Shown one piece after another: positions 25,520-27,037 of a stretch of DNA of 27,037 nt. The notes under the pieces are model-generated. The model did no database searches. It saw nothing but the letters and a program-made list of their open reading frames with translations, and was not told the DNA's origin. This DNA comes from a virus. Taxonomy: Duplodnaviria > Caudoviricetes. The position numbers and the translations under genes are program-made. Numbering within the stretch: the first letter of the stretch is position 1; each line of letters starts with the position of its first letter. The stretch is taken from IMG/VR virus record IMGVR_UViG_3300012664_000222, positions 1-27,037 of that record, one strand, 5' to 3'.

Positions 25520-25945
25520 ATGGGTTACAGATCAGACGTGGCTTACGCCACTCACTTCGACACCACCGCGCATCGAGATAACTCCACCACGCCCATGCAC
25601 GCCACGAACGACGAGCCCACCTACTCGCTCATGCACGCCAAGAACGACGAGCACACCAACACAGCGCTCAGCGAAGTTGAGTACAAGTACGGCGCACACC
25701 CGATCATCACCTTCAATCAAGAGGGGTGGAAGTGGTACGACTCGTATCCAGAAGTGCAAGCACACCACGCATTGATGCGCGAAGCCGAGAAGCTTTTCGG
25801 TGCCGAGTGGCGCTTCGTGCGCGTAGGGGAAGACGTCAACGACGTGGAGGTTTTGGAGAGCGACACCACCGTGTGCGAGTTGTATGAGTACGTAGACCCC
25901 GTCAACAGCATCCGCGTAGACTTTCCTGCACCAGACGCCGAGTAA
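25520..25945 (+). CDS. Acidic hypothetical protein (141 aa; MGYRSDV...WKWYDSY...FVRVGED..D.E)
   Basis: Strong RBS; contains a 36-bp tandem duplication. Confidence 0.75.
   Translation: MGYRSDVAYATHFDTTAHRDNSTTPMHATNDEPTYSLMHAKNDEHTNTALSEVEYKYGAHPIITFNQEGWKWYDSYPEVQAHHALMREAEKLFGAEWRFVRVGEDVNDVEVLESDTTVCELYEYVDPVNSIRVDFPAPDAE
25590..25661 (+). repeat. 36-bp imperfect tandem duplication (31/36 identical)
   Basis: 25590-25625 versus 25626-25661. Confidence 0.85.
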
Positions 25946-25975
25946 TTTTCATCACCAACCAAAGGAGTTTCAACC

Positions 25976-26917
25976 ATGTTCTCATCATCCATTCATCACT
26001 TGCCCTCAGTCGGCAGCTACGCATCAGCGCACGCGATCTTCACCAAGACCGCGAAACCATTCACACGCAGCGGCCAGTGGCACGACAACCAACGCCCACT
26101 CAAGGACACGCGCTCGCACCACTATCGGCTGGAGCAAGGACCTGACGCTGAGTACTACGACGTCATGCTGTACCGCACAGCCATGGCAAGGTTCTACGCA
26201 CCAACACCAGAAGGACGGCGCGAGATGTACATCTCACACGACAGCAACATGTCCAAGCAGTTCATGCGCAGCGTCACACACCACAGCAACTTCATGACAA
26301 TGCGCTCCACAGACCTGCTGGAGGTTGCCGTGCCTATCCCTAACATGCACACCATCCACGACAAGGGCACGGGGTTCAGCGCCAGCTTGTGGTTCGACCC
26401 ACTCAACAGGCTCGACGTGGACAAGTCAGCACACACGCCGATGTTTACCCATCGCACAAACCCCGCCGACAAAGCCTTGGTGCAACAAGTGCGGGAGAGA
26501 TGCGAGCCATACATCACGCTGGCCTGCATGCGCCTGCCCGAGTTCGCCAGCAACATGTTCATCAACCAAGAACTGCTAGTGCCATTCAAGGGCGGCGTGG
26601 AAGTGCTGTTCTCCGGGCGCATGGCGATCAGACGAATGACAGACGGCGATGAGGTGGGTCAAGAGTTCATCAACGCGTTCATGACGCTGGCCGAGAAGGT
26701 CTACGACTACGAAGCCACCAAGCTGAGCTTCAAACAAGGGGCACTCACGGGCGATGACATTGCACAACACGTTACAGAGAAGGTTCTGGCTGACGGGTTG
26801 TGGAGAGTGATCGTGCGTGAGACCCCGCAGCTACGCCGCAAGTCAGAGGCTGTGCCGCTGCCCCAGTTCATGGCGGCAGGCAAGTACCCCAAGACCACGG
26901 CCACGCCGCACCGATAA
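25976..26917 (+). CDS. Hypothetical protein (313 aa)
   Basis: Strong RBS; long ORF; no recognisable motif. Confidence 0.8.
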   Translation: MFSSSIHHLPSVGSYASAHAIFTKTAKPFTRSGQWHDNQRPLKDTRSHHYRLEQGPDAEYYDVMLYRTAMARFYAPTPEGRREMYISHDSNMSKQFMRSVTHHSNFMTMRSTDLLEVAVPIPNMHTIHDKGTGFSASLWFDPLNRLDVDKSAHTPMFTHRTNPADKALVQQVRERCEPYITLACMRLPEFASNMFINQELLVPFKGGVEVLFSGRMAIRRMTDGDEVGQEFINAFMTLAEKVYDYEATKLSFKQGALTGDDIAQHVTEKVLADGLWRVIVRETPQLRRKSEAVPLPQFMAAGKYPKTTATPHR

Positions 26918-26933
26918 ATTTCACAGAAAGGAG

Positions 26934-26963
26934 TTGTCAAACACTGGACATTTACGATACACT
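26934..26963 (+). promoter_or_regulatory. Candidate promoter TTGTCA-N18-TACACT overlapped by the 16-bp box TGTCAAACACTGGACA (26935-26950)
   Basis: Intergenic, upstream of palindrome copy 5 and the RBS/ATG at 27033. Confidence 0.45.
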
Positions 26964-26979
26964 ATCGAAACCACAAGTC

Positions 26980-26996
26980 GGGAACACGGTGTTCCC
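26980..26996. repeat. 17-bp palindrome copy 5 GGGAACACGGTGTTCCC (inverted orientation)
   Basis: Perfect 8-1-8 inverted repeat. Confidence 0.9.
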
Positions 26997-27037
26997 GCAA
27001 ACCTTTTCTTTCATCACTAGGAGTTTTCAATCATGAA

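Larger units (their letters stand above)
25498..25978 (+). repeat. Identical 25-bp direct repeats ACCAACCAAAGGAGTTTCAACCATG at 25498-25522 and 25954-25978
   Basis: Direct comparison; they bracket one gene. Confidence 0.9.

Noticed and set aside
25590-25661. DGR template/variable repeat pair
   Set aside because: Only 36 bp, tandem, near the 5' end of the gene, no RT; five differences are too few to be meaningful
20558-26996. Palindromes as a CRISPR array
   Set aside because: Spacing is 0.6-2.6 kb and irregular, whole genes lie between copies, and no cas genes are present
20558-26996. Palindromes as LexA boxes, N4-type hairpin promoters or terminators
   Set aside because: GAAC-N5-GTTC does not fit the GAAC-N4-GTTC or CTGT-N8-ACAG boxes; the loop is not GNA and no virion RNA polymerase is visible; most copies lack a U-tract
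1-27037. tRNA, rRNA, integrase/att site, alternative genetic code
   Set aside because: None recognisable by eye; genes read through with the standard code and end in TAA, TGA or TAG

Overview
Fragment of a tailed dsDNA phage genome (Caudoviricetes, podovirus-like gene set) with two divergent arms. Positions ~1-19960 (minus strand) form a continuous late/morphogenesis operon. In transcription order it runs: putative terminase small subunit, terminase large subunit, a small inserted ORF, portal, GroES-like co-chaperonin, scaffold, decoration-like protein, Mu-GpT-like major capsid protein, small basic and adaptor-type virion proteins, two tail-fibre genes with paralogous tips, and fibre-assembly chaperones. 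Positions ~20450-27037 (plus strand) hold short, mostly hypothetical early-type genes. The most unusual content is non-coding: (i) a 17-bp palindrome GGGAACAC-N-GTGTTCCC in five copies, all in the early arm; (ii) a second 16-bp palindrome family TGTCMA-N4-TKKACR; (iii) a candidate ~85-nt sRNA (promoter, GNRA hairpin, anti-Shine-Dalgarno seed, terminator) complementary to the repeated GGAG..CAACC-ATG leader of the early genes; (iv) a potentially pseudoknotted leader RNA downstream of the capsid gene; (v) a 34-codon deletion remnant of the fibre-chaperone pair. No tRNA, rRNA, CRISPR array, integrase or reverse transcriptase was seen. Product calls rest on motifs, remembered family resemblance and synteny; no database search was run.
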